A stretch of DNA of 64,000 nt. Origin: Candidatus Latescibacterota bacterium. GTDB taxonomy: Bacteria; Latescibacterota; UBA2968; UBA8231. The stretch spans positions 1,344,001 to 1,408,000 of the forward strand of contig OZ253462.1 in NCBI GenBank assembly GCA_965261395.1, in the 5' to 3' direction. Position numbers and translations under genes: made by a program. Below, one piece after another: positions 32,259-43,252 of the stretch (position 1 is its first letter; the number at the start of each line of letters is the position of its first letter). The notes beneath the pieces were generated by a model, which was given only the letters and a program-made list of their open reading frames with translations, ran no database searches and had not been told where the DNA came from.

Positions 32259-33443
32259 ATGAAGACTATCGACGAACGGGCAGAACGCGAACGCGGACAC
32301 GTGCGCATCACCGGCCTCAAGGCCATGGAACTGAGGAATTCCACCGGCCAGAGCTTGGTGCGCGTGGAGACGGACTCCGGTTTGTTCGGGGTCGGCGAAG
32401 CGGGGGTCGCCGGTCCGGCGTGCAGGGCGAACCTGAAATGGCTCGAACGCGTGCTTATTGGTGCCGATCCGCTCAATATCGACAAGCTCTATCACCAGAT
32501 GATGGGGCTGCAGCATACCTATCAGGCACATGTGCCGACGATCAGCGGCGTCGATATCGCGCTGTGGGACCTGACGGGAAAGATCCTCAACCTCTCCGTC
32601 TCCGAGATGCTGACCGGCCGCTTTCGCGAGCGCGTCGAGATTTATTACGGCGGATCACCGCCCAGCTGGACCGATCGCCCCGCCATCGACGACTGGGTGG
32701 CCAAATTCCGCGCCCATCCCCACGGCTACCGCACGGTGAAATGCGGTTTTCCGTTGCCCGACAACGCGCTGCTCTCCCGGCCGTTCGCAGGGGCCGCGCC
32801 GAGTCAATCGCTCAAGCAGAGCGACTTAAAGACCATCCGCGACGGTTTCGCGACGTTTCGCGACGCTCTGGGGTGGGATCTCGACTTCATCGTCCACTGT
32901 CACAACGAGTGGGACGTGCCGACGGCGATCGGTATTTGCGAGGCGGTGGAAGAGGCGCGCCCCCTCTGGGTGGAGGATCCGCTGCAGGTCTTTTTCTCCG
33001 ACGGCTACAAGGCACTCAGGGCGGCATCGGGTGTGCGGATCTGCACCGGGGAGAAAATCGAAGGGTTCCGCGCGTTCTTCCCCTTTATCGCCGAGGGCGG
33101 CATCGACGTGTTGCACCCCGACCTGTGCTGGTGCGGCGGCATCAGCGGCGGCCGCAAGATCGCCGAGTTGGCCGACCACTACGGCCTGCCGGTGGCGCTG
33201 CACAACTGCGGCACGCTCGTGCACAACATGGCCAATGTGCATTTCGGCGCATGCGTGCGCAACTTCAGCATGAGCGAGACGCGGCTCTACGAACGCCAGT
33301 ATATCGCCGATATGGGCGGACTCGACGGTTACGATCTGGTCGACGGCAAGATGGCGGTGCCCGACGGGCCGGGCTTGGGCATCGAGTTGGTGCCCGAGGT
33401 GCTGCGCGCCGAGCTCAAGGAGGGAGAGCCTTTTTGGCAATGA
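32259..33443 (+). CDS. Mandelate racemase/muconate lactonizing enzyme family protein
   Basis: 'SGVDIALWDL.GK', 'WVEDP', 'TGE', 'GGISGGRKIA', 'PGLGIE'. Confidence 0.92.
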   Translation: MKTIDERAERERGHVRITGLKAMELRNSTGQSLVRVETDSGLFGVGEAGVAGPACRANLKWLERVLIGADPLNIDKLYHQMMGLQHTYQAHVPTISGVDIALWDLTGKILNLSVSEMLTGRFRERVEIYYGGSPPSWTDRPAIDDWVAKFRAHPHGYRTVKCGFPLPDNALLSRPFAGAAPSQSLKQSDLKTIRDGFATFRDALGWDLDFIVHCHNEWDVPTAIGICEAVEEARPLWVEDPLQVFFSDGYKALRAASGVRICTGEKIEGFRAFFPFIAEGGIDVLHPDLCWCGGISGGRKIAELADHYGLPVALHNCGTLVHNMANVHFGACVRNFSMSETRLYERQYIADMGGLDGYDLVDGKMAVPDGPGLGIELVPEVLRAELKEGEPFWQ

Positions 33444-33477
33444 GATCCATTGCGAAGACTCTTAAAGAGGGGCTGAC

Positions 33478-34341
33478 ATGAGACTCGGTATTGTGGGTAT
33501 GTTGCCCGGCGACTTTCGCGCGTTTCGATCCGAGCAGATGGTGGCGATCCGAGACCTGGGCTTCACCGGGTTTGGCTTCCATCTCAACGGCGACGATGTC
33601 TTCGATATTAGCGAAAAAGATTGCGCTGCTTATCGCCGCCTTATCGCCGCTGAGGATCTCGATTTAGCGCAGTTTGCGATTACGTATGATGAGTGCCTCT
33701 TTCAGCCGGATCTGGCCGAGCGAGAGCGGGTGAGCGGCAAAATACAACGCGGCACGGAAATTGCCGCGCAACTGGAAGCACAGGCTTTTTTGCTACGACC
33801 CGGCAGCCTGAATCCTGCCGGTCCTTGGACACCGCATCGCGACAATCATCGGCCGGAACAGGTCGGACGGTTGGTCGAGACTCTGAGACCCCTGGCTGCG
33901 AAGGCGGAGCAGGAGGGCGTGGTGTTGGCGATGGAAACCCATGTCGTTTCTATCATGGATCCGCCGCCGAAATGCCGGGAGATCGTCGAGGCGGTGGGCT
34001 CAGAATATTTGCGTTTGATCCTAGACCCGGTTAATCACTTTCAGAGTTTGCAACAGGTCTATAATAGCAGCGAATTTGTCGAGCATATCTTCGACGAGTT
34101 AGGCCCTATCTCGCCTGTTGCGCATATCAAGGATTTGACGGTCTCCAATGGGCTGGTGCTGCATATTAGTCAAGTGCTGCCCGGCGAGGGAGACTTGGAT
34201 TTGGCCCTGGTGCTGCAACGCTTCGATGCGCTGTTCCCGGATGGATACGGGCTTATTGAGCATCTCGGTCTGGAGCAGATTCCGCAGGCTGCGGAGAATG
34301 TGCGTCGCATTGCCGCTGAGATTGGCGTTGAGCTTCGCTAG
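33478..34341 (+). CDS. Sugar phosphate isomerase/epimerase (TIM barrel)
   Basis: 'LAMETH', 'LDPVN', 'AHIKD', 'PGEGDLD', 'IEH'. Confidence 0.85.
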   Translation: MRLGIVGMLPGDFRAFRSEQMVAIRDLGFTGFGFHLNGDDVFDISEKDCAAYRRLIAAEDLDLAQFAITYDECLFQPDLAERERVSGKIQRGTEIAAQLEAQAFLLRPGSLNPAGPWTPHRDNHRPEQVGRLVETLRPLAAKAEQEGVVLAMETHVVSIMDPPPKCREIVEAVGSEYLRLILDPVNHFQSLQQVYNSSEFVEHIFDELGPISPVAHIKDLTVSNGLVLHISQVLPGEGDLDLALVLQRFDALFPDGYGLIEHLGLEQIPQAAENVRRIAAEIGVELR

Positions 34342-34487
34342 AAGTCATTTCATAAGTGCCTCATGGTAATAATGAGACAGGCGAACTAAAAAATGCTCGA
34401 TACATTATCTGCGCCGGCCCTTCCAGCGCGAACCCGACTTTGGCGCGCTTTGGCGCGACCAGCGTCAACTACGACTTCGCCAAGCTT

Positions 34488-35633
34488 TTAGCGCGGGCCG
34501 AGCCCCAGCCTGAACCTACCCCCAAGCCCCAGCACTTCCCTAACCCGCGCTGCCAAGAGCTCCTCGTCGCCGTCGGCCACTGTGGGCATCGACAAGTGGA
34601 GCTGGCCCGGGGCCGTTGAGAGCCAGACCGAGGGGTTGCCGTTGCGCAGGGACTCTTCTAGGTCGGCGGCGGTGCGGCCGAGGGCTTGTTCGTCCAAGGT
34701 CAGGGTCAGGGACGCGCCATCGACGGAGCTTTGCACGTGGGGCAGTTCGCCTAGGTGCTGACGCACGGTCTCGGCGCGGCGGGCGTCGCCTTGGTTGCGG
34801 GCGTCGTGGTCCATGGCCAGCCAGCGGCGCAGGGCCACGACCACGCCGACGACCTCTTGGCGGTCGATTTTGAGCGGGCGGCCAACCCCTTCTAGGCCGC
34901 GGGTTTCAAAGCAGGCAAAGCTGTGCAAGTGGGCCGCTTCGATTAAGTCGGCGCGGCCGCAGAGAATGCCCGAAGAATTGGGCGCGCCCACGTACTTGGC
35001 ACCATAGCCGACCAAGTCGGCTCCGGCCGCTATGTAGCGGGTCAAGCCGTCTAGGGGATAGACGCGGAAGGCCGCGTCCACCAAGATCGGGACATCGTGG
35101 GCGTGGGCGATGTCTATGGCCTCGGCCACGGGGACGATGGCGGCTGGATTGTCGATGGCCGGGTAGAGCACCGCGGCGGTTTGAGGGCCGATGGCTGCGG
35201 CGAGTTCGTCGGCTGTGGTGCCTTGCTCCGTGCCCGCCTCCACGAGGGTGACGCCGGGCAGGCGCACCACGCGGTCGTATTTGTAGCGCTGGGCCTTTTG
35301 GATGACCACTTGGTTGGGCATGCCGGTCGAATCGGGCAGGCGGGCCATTTTCTCGGGGTCTGCGCCGGTGACGCAGGCGGCCGTGCCGAGGACCAATGCG
35401 GCTGCACAGCCAGGGGTAATCAGCGCGGCCTCGGCCCCGAGCAGGTCGGCGACAATCCGCCCCGTGCTCGCCAAGAAGGCGTCCATGTCAACGTAGTAGC
35501 GGCCAGCTAGTTCCATGGCGGCAATGATATCCGGGTGGGGGGACGATCCCCCTAAGAGGGTGCGCGGGCCGAGGGCGTTGATCACGGGCGTCGCCCCCAT
35601 ATCCGCGTACAGTGCTCGGGCTTCCTTACTCAT
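34488..35633 (-). CDS. SelA-like/DgaE-like PLP-dependent enzyme
   Basis: 'PVINALG..T.LGGS', 'VDAA', 'GADLV.YGAK..G.P.SG...G', 'VGRPLKIDRQE'. Confidence 0.82.
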   Translation of the reverse strand: MSKEARALYADMGATPVINALGPRTLLGGSSPHPDIIAAMELAGRYYVDMDAFLASTGRIVADLLGAEAALITPGCAAALVLGTAACVTGADPEKMARLPDSTGMPNQVVIQKAQRYKYDRVVRLPGVTLVEAGTEQGTTADELAAAIGPQTAAVLYPAIDNPAAIVPVAEAIDIAHAHDVPILVDAAFRVYPLDGLTRYIAAGADLVGYGAKYVGAPNSSGILCGRADLIEAAHLHSFACFETRGLEGVGRPLKIDRQEVVGVVVALRRWLAMDHDARNQGDARRAETVRQHLGELPHVQSSVDGASLTLTLDEQALGRTAADLEESLRNGNPSVWLSTAPGQLHLSMPTVADGDEELLAARVREVLGLGGRFRLGLGPR

Positions 35634-37959
35634 AGGTGTTTTCTCCATACAGCCCCACCGGGCTAGGTATATGGTTGGCGGGAACCAGCAACAAGGGCAA
35701 ACCATTGTGCTGGAGGCGAAATTGCAGGTAGTCGAGTTCGGGGGTGGGCTGCGCGGCGAGGCCCAAAAGCCGCGGGCGAAAAAGCGCGGGCGAAAACAGC
35801 TTGGGCCGGGGCCGCTCCATCAGCTCGACGGTCTCGTCCGCCGACAGCCCGATCTTTTCCTTGGCGAGCGCGATGGCCACTTCGAGACCGCCGATCCGGT
35901 CGGCAAGGCCGAGCTGCACGGCGCGCTGGCCGCTCCAGACGCGGCCTTGGGCCATGACTTGGACCGAGTCTGGCGCGATGTGGCGACTGCTGGCGACCTT
36001 GGCGACAAAGTCCTCGTACAGCGAGCGGATGGTGCGCTCCATGCGCGCGCTTTCGTTCTCACTGAAGGTGCGGTCTGGCAAGCGCAGGCCGAGTAGGGGC
36101 AAGACCATGCCAAAAGGCAAGTCCGCGTGGCGACCCACCTGTACGCGGCTCGTGCTCAAGCTAAGTTTTTCCTTGAGCCCTTTGTTGTACGCCCAGCCGG
36201 CAATGACCCCAATCGAGCCGGTGATGGTGTTGGGCGCAGCGACGATCGCATCGCCGGGCAGCGAGATCATGTAGCCGCCCGAAGCCGCGACGTAGCCTTG
36301 AGAGACGATGACTGGCTTGTGCTCGCGGCATTGCAGCACGGCGTCGGCCACGAGGGCCGAGGGCAGGATGTCGCCGCCCGGAGAATCGACGCGCAGCACC
36401 ACGGCGTCCGCGGTCGCGCAGGCCGAGGCAATCTCGCCGACGAGTCGGCGCGCACCGATGCCGGTGTCCATGGCACAGACGCCGAGCGCATAGACGATGG
36501 CAATGCGCTTGCGCTGCCCCCAGCGCCGGTTGGCGGGCCGCGAGTACGAATTGGCCGCGACGACATTAAAGCCCTCGACCATGCGGTCGATTTCGTTCCA
36601 GCGTCCGAGGCGGTCCACTAGGCCGGCGTCGAGGGCTTCCTGCGGCAGGAAGAGGGCGGTCTCTTCCACGAGCTGGTCGAAGCGCTCGGGCGCAAGCGAG
36701 CGGTCGGCGCTGATGTCGCGGCGGGCGAGGGCGTACCAGTCGTCGAGTAGGGTCGTTAGCTGCTCGCGCTCGCCCGCGGACATGTCGCGGCGGACGTATG
36801 CTTCGTTCGCGGACTTGTACTGGAAAAGCCGCCACTCGTCAAAGCCGATCCCGAGCTTGTCCAACGCGTCCTTGAAGTACGTGTGCCCCGCCACATAGCC
36901 CTGCAAGCCGATCGCACCGGCCGGGTCGAGCACCAAGTGATCGGCCGCCGAGACCCAGTGATAGCCGGAGATGTCCACGCGGTCAATGTACACGACGACT
37001 CGCTTCCCTCCAGCGCTGATCTGGCGCAGCTTCTCCCGCAGTTCCCAGCCGAGTGCCGGGCTAATCCGCAGGCCCGACGCATTGATAGCGACTCCCTTGA
37101 TCGAGGGATCGCGGCGCGCGCGTTCCAGCAAGGCGATGAGGCTGAGCAGGCTCTGCGACTCGTCGAAGTACGCAAAGCGGCGGTGGCGAACCGGTCCGGA
37201 CAATTCTAGAGAGAGGAAGCGCGCCCGCGGCCGGAACAGGTTCCCCCGCTGTGCTCCGAGACGCGCCGCATACGTCTGCCAGGTGCGCCCACGCGCCTGC
37301 GCTTGGAAATCGACTGCGCCCAGCCCGATGCGCAAGCCAACGCGCAGGGCGCGGTCTGAGAAAAAGCGCCCTGTCAGCGCCAGCCCCTGCACTAGCTCGA
37401 CTACGGCCCCGGTGCTCCAGAAATCCGCTCCGCCAGCGTGCGCGTAATCCGCATACAAGGTTAGCCGCTCATCTCCCCAAGGACGCAGGGAGAGATCAAC
37501 GGCCCCTTCGCGGCCTGTGTTGGCAAAGGTCGAGGTCCAGGTGCCTCCCAGTGAAAGATGCGGGCCGGCCCGCCAAATCCCCCCGAGGACCACGTGCCGC
37601 ACGCTCCCCCACCCCATGCCCATCCCAAGGCTGAAGGCGCGGTCGCCGGTGCTGAGTCCAGCCCGGTACTCGCGGGCGCGGCGGCCGTTTACCATTCCAA
37701 ACCCCAAACGGGGCACGGCCGTAAAAAGTCCCCACGAATGGACGGAATTGCTGTCCGACCAAGCGACCCCCTGCTCCAAGCCCTCGACATAACTGAGCAG
37801 CGCGGGATTGGCGTATCCGTATAGCCCTATGTCCAACCCGCCAAAAGCGGCAAGGGCGAATTCCCCGCGCTCGGCGTAGGGGATAAACGGCGCTTGGGCC
37901 TTGGCTGCGCCGAAGGCGAGTAGGCAGCACAAGGCCGCGCCAAAGGGCCGGTTTGGCAT
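35626..37959 (-). CDS. sppA: Signal peptide peptidase SppA (S49) with N-terminal beta-rich domain
   Basis: Signal peptide, 'YKSANE', 'LRVDSPGG', 'AASGGY', 'TGSIGV', 'GRVWSG'. Confidence 0.88.
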   Translation of the reverse strand: MPNRPFGAALCCLLAFGAAKAQAPFIPYAERGEFALAAFGGLDIGLYGYANPALLSYVEGLEQGVAWSDSNSVHSWGLFTAVPRLGFGMVNGRRAREYRAGLSTGDRAFSLGMGMGWGSVRHVVLGGIWRAGPHLSLGGTWTSTFANTGREGAVDLSLRPWGDERLTLYADYAHAGGADFWSTGAVVELVQGLALTGRFFSDRALRVGLRIGLGAVDFQAQARGRTWQTYAARLGAQRGNLFRPRARFLSLELSGPVRHRRFAYFDESQSLLSLIALLERARRDPSIKGVAINASGLRISPALGWELREKLRQISAGGKRVVVYIDRVDISGYHWVSAADHLVLDPAGAIGLQGYVAGHTYFKDALDKLGIGFDEWRLFQYKSANEAYVRRDMSAGEREQLTTLLDDWYALARRDISADRSLAPERFDQLVEETALFLPQEALDAGLVDRLGRWNEIDRMVEGFNVVAANSYSRPANRRWGQRKRIAIVYALGVCAMDTGIGARRLVGEIASACATADAVVLRVDSPGGDILPSALVADAVLQCREHKPVIVSQGYVAASGGYMISLPGDAIVAAPNTITGSIGVIAGWAYNKGLKEKLSLSTSRVQVGRHADLPFGMVLPLLGLRLPDRTFSENESARMERTIRSLYEDFVAKVASSRHIAPDSVQVMAQGRVWSGQRAVQLGLADRIGGLEVAIALAKEKIGLSADETVELMERPRPKLFSPALFRPRLLGLAAQPTPELDYLQFRLQHNGLPLLLVPANHIPSPVGLYGENTYE

Positions 37960-37962
37960 CCG

Positions 37963-38586
37963 CTAATCTTCCTCGGCAAACAAGCGCAAATCCCCTTTGC
38001 CCTCGCGGAGTACCTCGGCTTGATCCCCCATCAACGACACCACGCTCGAAGCCTCGACGGGCAGCGGCCCGCACTCCAAGATCAAATCCACCTGCGGCCC
38101 CAGTTTTTCCTCCAAGGCCCACGGCTCGGTCAGCACTTCTTGATCGGCGTAGTTGGCGCTGGTGCTCAGGATGGGTTGGCCGAGGGCGCGGACCAAGGCC
38201 AGCGGTACCGGGTGATCGGGAATCCGCAGGCCGACGGTTTTCTGTTTGGTTTGCAGGATGCGCGGCGTCTGGCGGGTGGCTGGCAACACGAAGGTGTACG
38301 CCCCCGGCAGGCACTGCTTGAGGATGCGGTGGGCGTAGTTGGAGACGCGGGCGTAGTCGCTGATGTGGGTCAGGTCGGCGCAGACAAAGGACATGGGCTT
38401 CTTGCGGTCGCGGCCCTTGATGCGCTGCACGCGCTCAATCGCCTGCTTGTTGGTGATGTCGCAGCCGAGGCCGTAGATCGTATCGGTGGGATAGACAATG
38501 ACGCCCCCTTGTTGGAGTACTTCGGCTGCGCGCTGGATGTGGCGGCCTTTGAGGTGGTCGGGATGAACGGTCAGTACTTGGGCCAT
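37963..38586 (-). CDS. Sua5/YciO/YrdC (TsaC-like) protein
   Basis: 'YPTDTIYGLGCD', 'IKGR', 'VGLRIPD', 'STSAN'. Confidence 0.92.
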   Translation of the reverse strand: MAQVLTVHPDHLKGRHIQRAAEVLQQGGVIVYPTDTIYGLGCDITNKQAIERVQRIKGRDRKKPMSFVCADLTHISDYARVSNYAHRILKQCLPGAYTFVLPATRQTPRILQTKQKTVGLRIPDHPVPLALVRALGQPILSTSANYADQEVLTEPWALEEKLGPQVDLILECGPLPVEASSVVSLMGDQAEVLREGKGDLRLFAEED

Positions 38587-38587
38587 G

Positions 38588-39322
38588 CTAGCGCTCCTGG
38601 TCGATTTTGGCGACCCACGCATCGACGACGGCCGCGATCATGGCCTGGCCGTGCTCCGCGTTGGCCGTGTAGCTGTTTTTGGTTTCGTCTTGTTGGCAGT
38701 ACCAAGGCGGGTCGTCGCCGAGGCGGTCTTGCTCCACGAGTTCGGGACGCGCGGCGAGCAGGAAGGAGGTCTCGTTGTATCCGGCGTGATCGCCCCCGGC
38801 CGGGGGACTCGATTCCGGGAGGATCATGGGCTGCACTTCGATGTGCCCGCCCGAGGAGCTAGCCCGGTCGAGCGCGTCGCGGTCGCCCCACCAGCCGCGT
38901 GGGTGCCCCGCGGCGAGCACCTGCTCAAACGCCAGTTCGGCCGCGGCCTTGCTGAAGGCCAAGGCGAGGGGGCCGCCCATGCCTTGGTGCATGATGGTGA
39001 CGTAGGTCTTGCGGAAGCCCATCTCGATAAAGTTGCGCAGGATGCTCTTGGCCAAGCGGCCAAAGGCGTCGTAGTCTGGGTCAATGGTCCCGTCGGCTGG
39101 GCCGCCGAGGGCATAGCCGGTGGGACCGTAGTCAAACGACGGGGCAATGACGCAAGGGGTGCGGGCGGCCACGCGGTCGCAAATTTCCTCGACGATGAGG
39201 GTGTCGTGGCCGATGGCCATGTGCGGGCCGTGGGTCTCGATGCAACCGGCCGGCACTAGCAGGGGATGCCCTTGGGCCACCGCATCTGTAAGTTGGTAGG
39301 GACGCAGGTGCTTGAGATGCAT
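38588..39322 (-). CDS. Creatininase family protein
   Basis: '[17 protein letters not shown]', 'DHAGYNETS'. Confidence 0.85.
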   Translation of the reverse strand: MHLKHLRPYQLTDAVAQGHPLLVPAGCIETHGPHMAIGHDTLIVEEICDRVAARTPCVIAPSFDYGPTGYALGGPADGTIDPDYDAFGRLAKSILRNFIEMGFRKTYVTIMHQGMGGPLALAFSKAAAELAFEQVLAAGHPRGWWGDRDALDRASSSGGHIEVQPMILPESSPPAGGDHAGYNETSFLLAARPELVEQDRLGDDPPWYCQQDETKNSYTANAEHGQAMIAAVVDAWVAKIDQER

Positions 39323-39401
39323 GGAGAAGCTCCTTGTTGTGTCTGCGGAATTGGACATAATATAGGCCAAGAAGAGCACGTCAATCCAGGACATTGAGCA
39401 G

Positions 39402-41303
39402 ATGGCGCACACTGTTATTGGCACGGCTGGACACATCGACCACGGCAAAACCCTGTTGGTCAAGGCCCTGACCGGCATGGATACCGACCAGGCCCCGGAA
39501 GAGCGGGCGCGGGGGATTACCATTGAACTCGGCTTTGCCTTTTTGGGGGATCAGGCCACGATCATCGACGTGCCCGGGCACGAGCGCTTCGTCAAGACCA
39601 TGGTGGCCGGCGTCAGCACCATTGACTTGGCCATGCTGGTCATTGCCGCGGACGACGGCGTAATGCCGCAGTCGCGGGAGCATCTCGATGTGCTGCGGCT
39701 TTTGGAGGTCGAGCGCGGGGTGGTGGTGATCAACAAAGCCGACTTGGTGGAAGAGGAGTGGTTGGACTTGGTGGAGGAGGAGGTGCGGGAGTTCGCGCGC
39801 GGGACTTTTTTGGCCCAGGCCGAGATTTTTCGCGTCTCCGCGCTCAGCGGTGCGGGCATTGACCCGCTGCGGCAGCGGCTGTTGGCCATGGTCGAGGACA
39901 CTGCGACCAAGCGCACCGATGCGCCATTTCGCCTACCTGTAGATCGGGCCTTTGGGGTCAAGGGCTTTGGCCCCGTCTGTACGGGCACGGTGCAGGCCGG
40001 GATCTTGACTGAGGGCGACCGCGTCGAGATCGTGCTCGGGGGTCGGTTGGCGCGCGTGCGCCGCCTGCAACAGCACGGCGCGACAGTACAAGAGGTGCGG
40101 GCCGGCGACCGAGCCGCGATCAATTTGGCTGGCGTGGAGCAGGACCAAATCGCGCGCGGCCACTCGCTGGTCGCGCCTGGATTTTTCCGCTCCACGCAGA
40201 TGCTGGACGTCCAGGTGCAACTCCTCGCCTCCAGTCCGATGACCATGGCGTCGCGCACCCGCGTGCGCCTGCACTTGGGCACGCGGGAGATTATGGCGCG
40301 GGTCGTCCTCCCCGATGCCAAGCCCTTGACGCCCGGGCAGGAGGGTTTCGCACAGCTTCGCTTGGAGGCTCCCGTAGTTGCGGCGTGGGGCGATCGCTTT
40401 GTGCTGCGCCGGTACTCGCCCGCGCTCACCATTGGCGGAGGCCGCGTGCTCAACCCGAACCCGGCCAAGCATCGGCGCTTCGAGCCAGCGTTGCTCACGC
40501 ATTTGCAGGCGTTGGCCAGTGCCGATCTGCCCGAAGTCTTCGAGTGCTGGCTCCGCTACGCGGATGACCGACTCAAGAGCCAGCAGGCGCTGGCTGGCGA
40601 GATGGGCATCGGCGTGGAGCGGTTGGCGCGCTTGACGGACGCGCTCGTAGCCGCTGGCCGCGCCGAGCGCGTGGTGTCGGAGGGGCAAACGCACGTTTTG
40701 CATCTGGATGTGTGCGAGCAATGGGGCGCGGAGATCGAGGCTGCGCTTGCGCGCTTTCACCGCGCCCAGCCGCTCAAGTTGGGCTTGCCGCGCGAGGAGC
40801 TGCGCAATTTGAGTGCGCGCTACATCCAGCCCGAATTGTTCGACTGCGTGTTGCGCTACTTGGAGGAAGCGGGGCGGATCGCGCTGGACGGGGCCGTGGT
40901 GCGGGCCGCGTCGCACCGCATTTGCTTCACCCCGGAGCAAGAGGTGCTAAAGGCGGCTGTAGAGGCGCGGCTCAACATTGCGAATTTCGCTGACTTGCCT
41001 ACGATGGCCGATCTAACCCAAGCCCTCGACGCCCCGTTGCCGCAGGTAACGGACATGGTCCATGCGCTGCAAGCACTGGGAGTGGTGGTCGCATTGGAGG
41101 GGGGCTTGCTGATTCATTGCGAGGCTCTCGCCCGCGCGCGGACGCTACTGAGCAATTTTCTCGAGCGCGACGGCGAAATTGCGGTAGCCGAATTCCGCAC
41201 GATGATTGGCAGCAACCGCAAATGCGCTATGGCGCTTTTAGGCCACTTCGATGCTGAGGGACTGACGGCGCGGCAGGGGGATGTGCGGGTTTTGGTGGGA
41301 TGA
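39402..41303 (+). CDS. selB: Selenocysteine-specific elongation factor
   Basis: '[11 protein letters not shown]', '[10 protein letters not shown]', '[12 protein letters not shown]', 'GDRFVLR', C-terminal winged helices 'RK.A..LL..FD'. Confidence 0.95.
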   Translation: MAHTVIGTAGHIDHGKTLLVKALTGMDTDQAPEERARGITIELGFAFLGDQATIIDVPGHERFVKTMVAGVSTIDLAMLVIAADDGVMPQSREHLDVLRLLEVERGVVVINKADLVEEEWLDLVEEEVREFARGTFLAQAEIFRVSALSGAGIDPLRQRLLAMVEDTATKRTDAPFRLPVDRAFGVKGFGPVCTGTVQAGILTEGDRVEIVLGGRLARVRRLQQHGATVQEVRAGDRAAINLAGVEQDQIARGHSLVAPGFFRSTQMLDVQVQLLASSPMTMASRTRVRLHLGTREIMARVVLPDAKPLTPGQEGFAQLRLEAPVVAAWGDRFVLRRYSPALTIGGGRVLNPNPAKHRRFEPALLTHLQALASADLPEVFECWLRYADDRLKSQQALAGEMGIGVERLARLTDALVAAGRAERVVSEGQTHVLHLDVCEQWGAEIEAALARFHRAQPLKLGLPREELRNLSARYIQPELFDCVLRYLEEAGRIALDGAVVRAASHRICFTPEQEVLKAAVEARLNIANFADLPTMADLTQALDAPLPQVTDMVHALQALGVVVALEGGLLIHCEALARARTLLSNFLERDGEIAVAEFRTMIGSNRKCAMALLGHFDAEGLTARQGDVRVLVG

Positions 41304-41408
41304 TCTTACGGCCCCGCGTTATGATGGAATCGTTATCGACAATTGCAGCTCAAGTCACGTTAGAGCTTACAATGCCACTGGAAACTAATTTGGAGGTCAA
41401 AAAAGAAG

Positions 41409-41873
41409 GTGACAGACTCGCTAGGTTATCGAGTGAGACCAGCAAGAACTGACGATGTACATTCGGTTGTGGGTTTAGCGAAACTTTGGGCCGAGGAAGG
41501 TTGTACAACCGGCTATGTGGCGTTAATGGAAGGCGACAAGCATCTCCAGTCTTGGCTTGACGGCGGCTATTTTTTTGTCGGCGAGCATGAAGATGTGGTC
41601 ATAGCGTACGCTGCGGGAGTCGTGAAAGTCGGGAAAAGTGCAATATTCAAACCCGAGGGCGAGCAATTTTTAGATGTTCACGAGGTCTTTGTCCATGTTG
41701 ACCACCGTGAAAAGGGAGTTGGAGATCGACTCATCGAGGCGTTGCTATCGAGATCAGAATCGGCAGGAATCAGCCGCTCCATGGTTGGTTCAAATAACAT
41801 AGACTGGTTGCGCACGTATCGATTTTATGAGCGGCATGGCTATAGGATGTTCTCGATTCAAATGTACAAGTAA
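41409..41873 (+). CDS. GNAT family N-acetyltransferase
   Basis: 'VFVHVDHREKGVGDRLI', 'FYERHGY'. Confidence 0.85.
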   Translation: MTDSLGYRVRPARTDDVHSVVGLAKLWAEEGCTTGYVALMEGDKHLQSWLDGGYFFVGEHEDVVIAYAAGVVKVGKSAIFKPEGEQFLDVHEVFVHVDHREKGVGDRLIEALLSRSESAGISRSMVGSNNIDWLRTYRFYERHGYRMFSIQMYK

Positions 41874-41935
41874 TTGTGCCTAGGATATTTCGCTTTGACG
41901 ACGTTTTAGGCGGCTAATCTGCTAAGGTAGGTATA

Positions 41936-42039
41936 TGGCTTTGATGGAATGGTTGGCCGAACAGATTGAGGCGGCCCGGCCTAAGCCGAATCGCCCCAAG
42001 ACGTACAAGAAGCATCAAATTTCAACATGAGTCACTACC
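41936..42039 (+). mobile_element. Right-end remnant of an IS1-like element
   Basis: Transposase-like tail 'IEAARPKPNRPKTYKKHQIST*' followed by ...GAGTCACTACC (reverse complement of a GGTAGTG-type end). Confidence 0.55.
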
Positions 42040-43154
42040 GACGAACAGGTCGGCGAGGTCTGCCGTAGTGCGGTTGACTTGGAGGCCCGGATGGGGTGGC
42101 CCGTTGACTTGGAGTGCGCTTTTAAAGATGGGAAGCTGTACTTACTCCAATGCCGCCCGGTGACGACTCTTGCGGAACGCGAGGGAGATTGGTCGGTGGA
42201 ATGGGACGATCCCAAAGATGCTGAATTGACCTGGCGCAAGGGCAGTCTGGAAGCGCCGCTCGATCAGTCGTTTGAATGGTATTGGATGCAGAGTTGGGCG
42301 AAAGCGCGGCGGGAGACGGGTAGCGGTACGTTACCTATACGGGTCTATGTGAACGGCTACGCATACAGGGCGTGGAAGATCCGCACGTGCAATTGAGCCG
42401 ACTAGCAGCCGAGCGCGAGCAATTCACCGCGCAGGTGCGTTCGCTGCTGAAAAAGCAGGAACGCGAGGTTTTCGAGGAACTTTTGCAGGTGGCTCTGGCC
42501 AATTATCCGCTAACTGAGGATCACAACTACTGGGTCGATGGTATCGCAACGCATTACATATTTCCGCTCTTCGATGAACTGGGCCGCCGAATGATCAAGG
42601 GCGGCATCCTCAACAAGAAGCGGAGTGAGATCAAATACTTGGAACTGAACGAAATCATCCTCTGGGGATTCGGCGTGCGGCAGCCATTGCGCGCGCGGGT
42701 CGTCGAACGCCAACGGGAATTTAATCGACGGTTGAAACTATCGCCGCCGGAATTCCTCGGTGCTTGCGATAGGCCGCCGACTGAAGAGGAGGATTACCTG
42801 TATTGGGGCCCCTCGACTCCATTCGAGGCACCAAAGGGAGAGGTGCGCGGAGTAGGGGCTTCGCCGGGGATTGTCAGGGGGCGTGCGCGCGTGGCCGTGC
42901 ATCTGGACAAGGCATTGGAACTACAGCCGGGAGAGATATTGGTCTGTAGTACAACCAATCCCCAGTGGACGCCGCTTTTTGCCGTCGGAGCGGGATTAGT
43001 GAGCGATAGGGGTGGAGCGTTGTGCCATGGGGCGGTCGTCGCCCGGGAGTACGGATTACCGGCGGTAGTGGGAACCCTGATCGGGACCAAGAAGATCAAG
43101 ACCGGTCAGTTGATAGAAGTCGATGGTCAAAGCGGGGTGATAACGCTGTTATGA
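42040..43154 (+). pseudogene. PEP-utilizing/pyruvate,phosphate dikinase-like (rifampin phosphotransferase-like) gene remnant
   Basis: 'GWPVDLECAF...LYLLQCRPVT', frame break near 42380, then 'T.P.WTPLF...GGALCHGAVVAREYGLPAV'. The 5' part is missing. Confidence 0.8.
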
Positions 43155-43252
43155 TGTAAGACATCGCTTTGCGCTATGGCAGCATCGACGATTATCGTAG
43201 GAGATATTGTATTTGCGTGCCGTACTTGACTGCATTGTGAAATGGAGAACGC

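Noticed and set aside
34342-34490. Short ORF-like stretch with a TTTGGCGCG tandem
   Set aside because: Too short and no identifiable family or structure.
39402-41303. Nearby selenoprotein genes or tRNA-Sec expected from selB
   Set aside because: No in-frame TGA with continuing homology and no tRNA-like sequence was found by eye.
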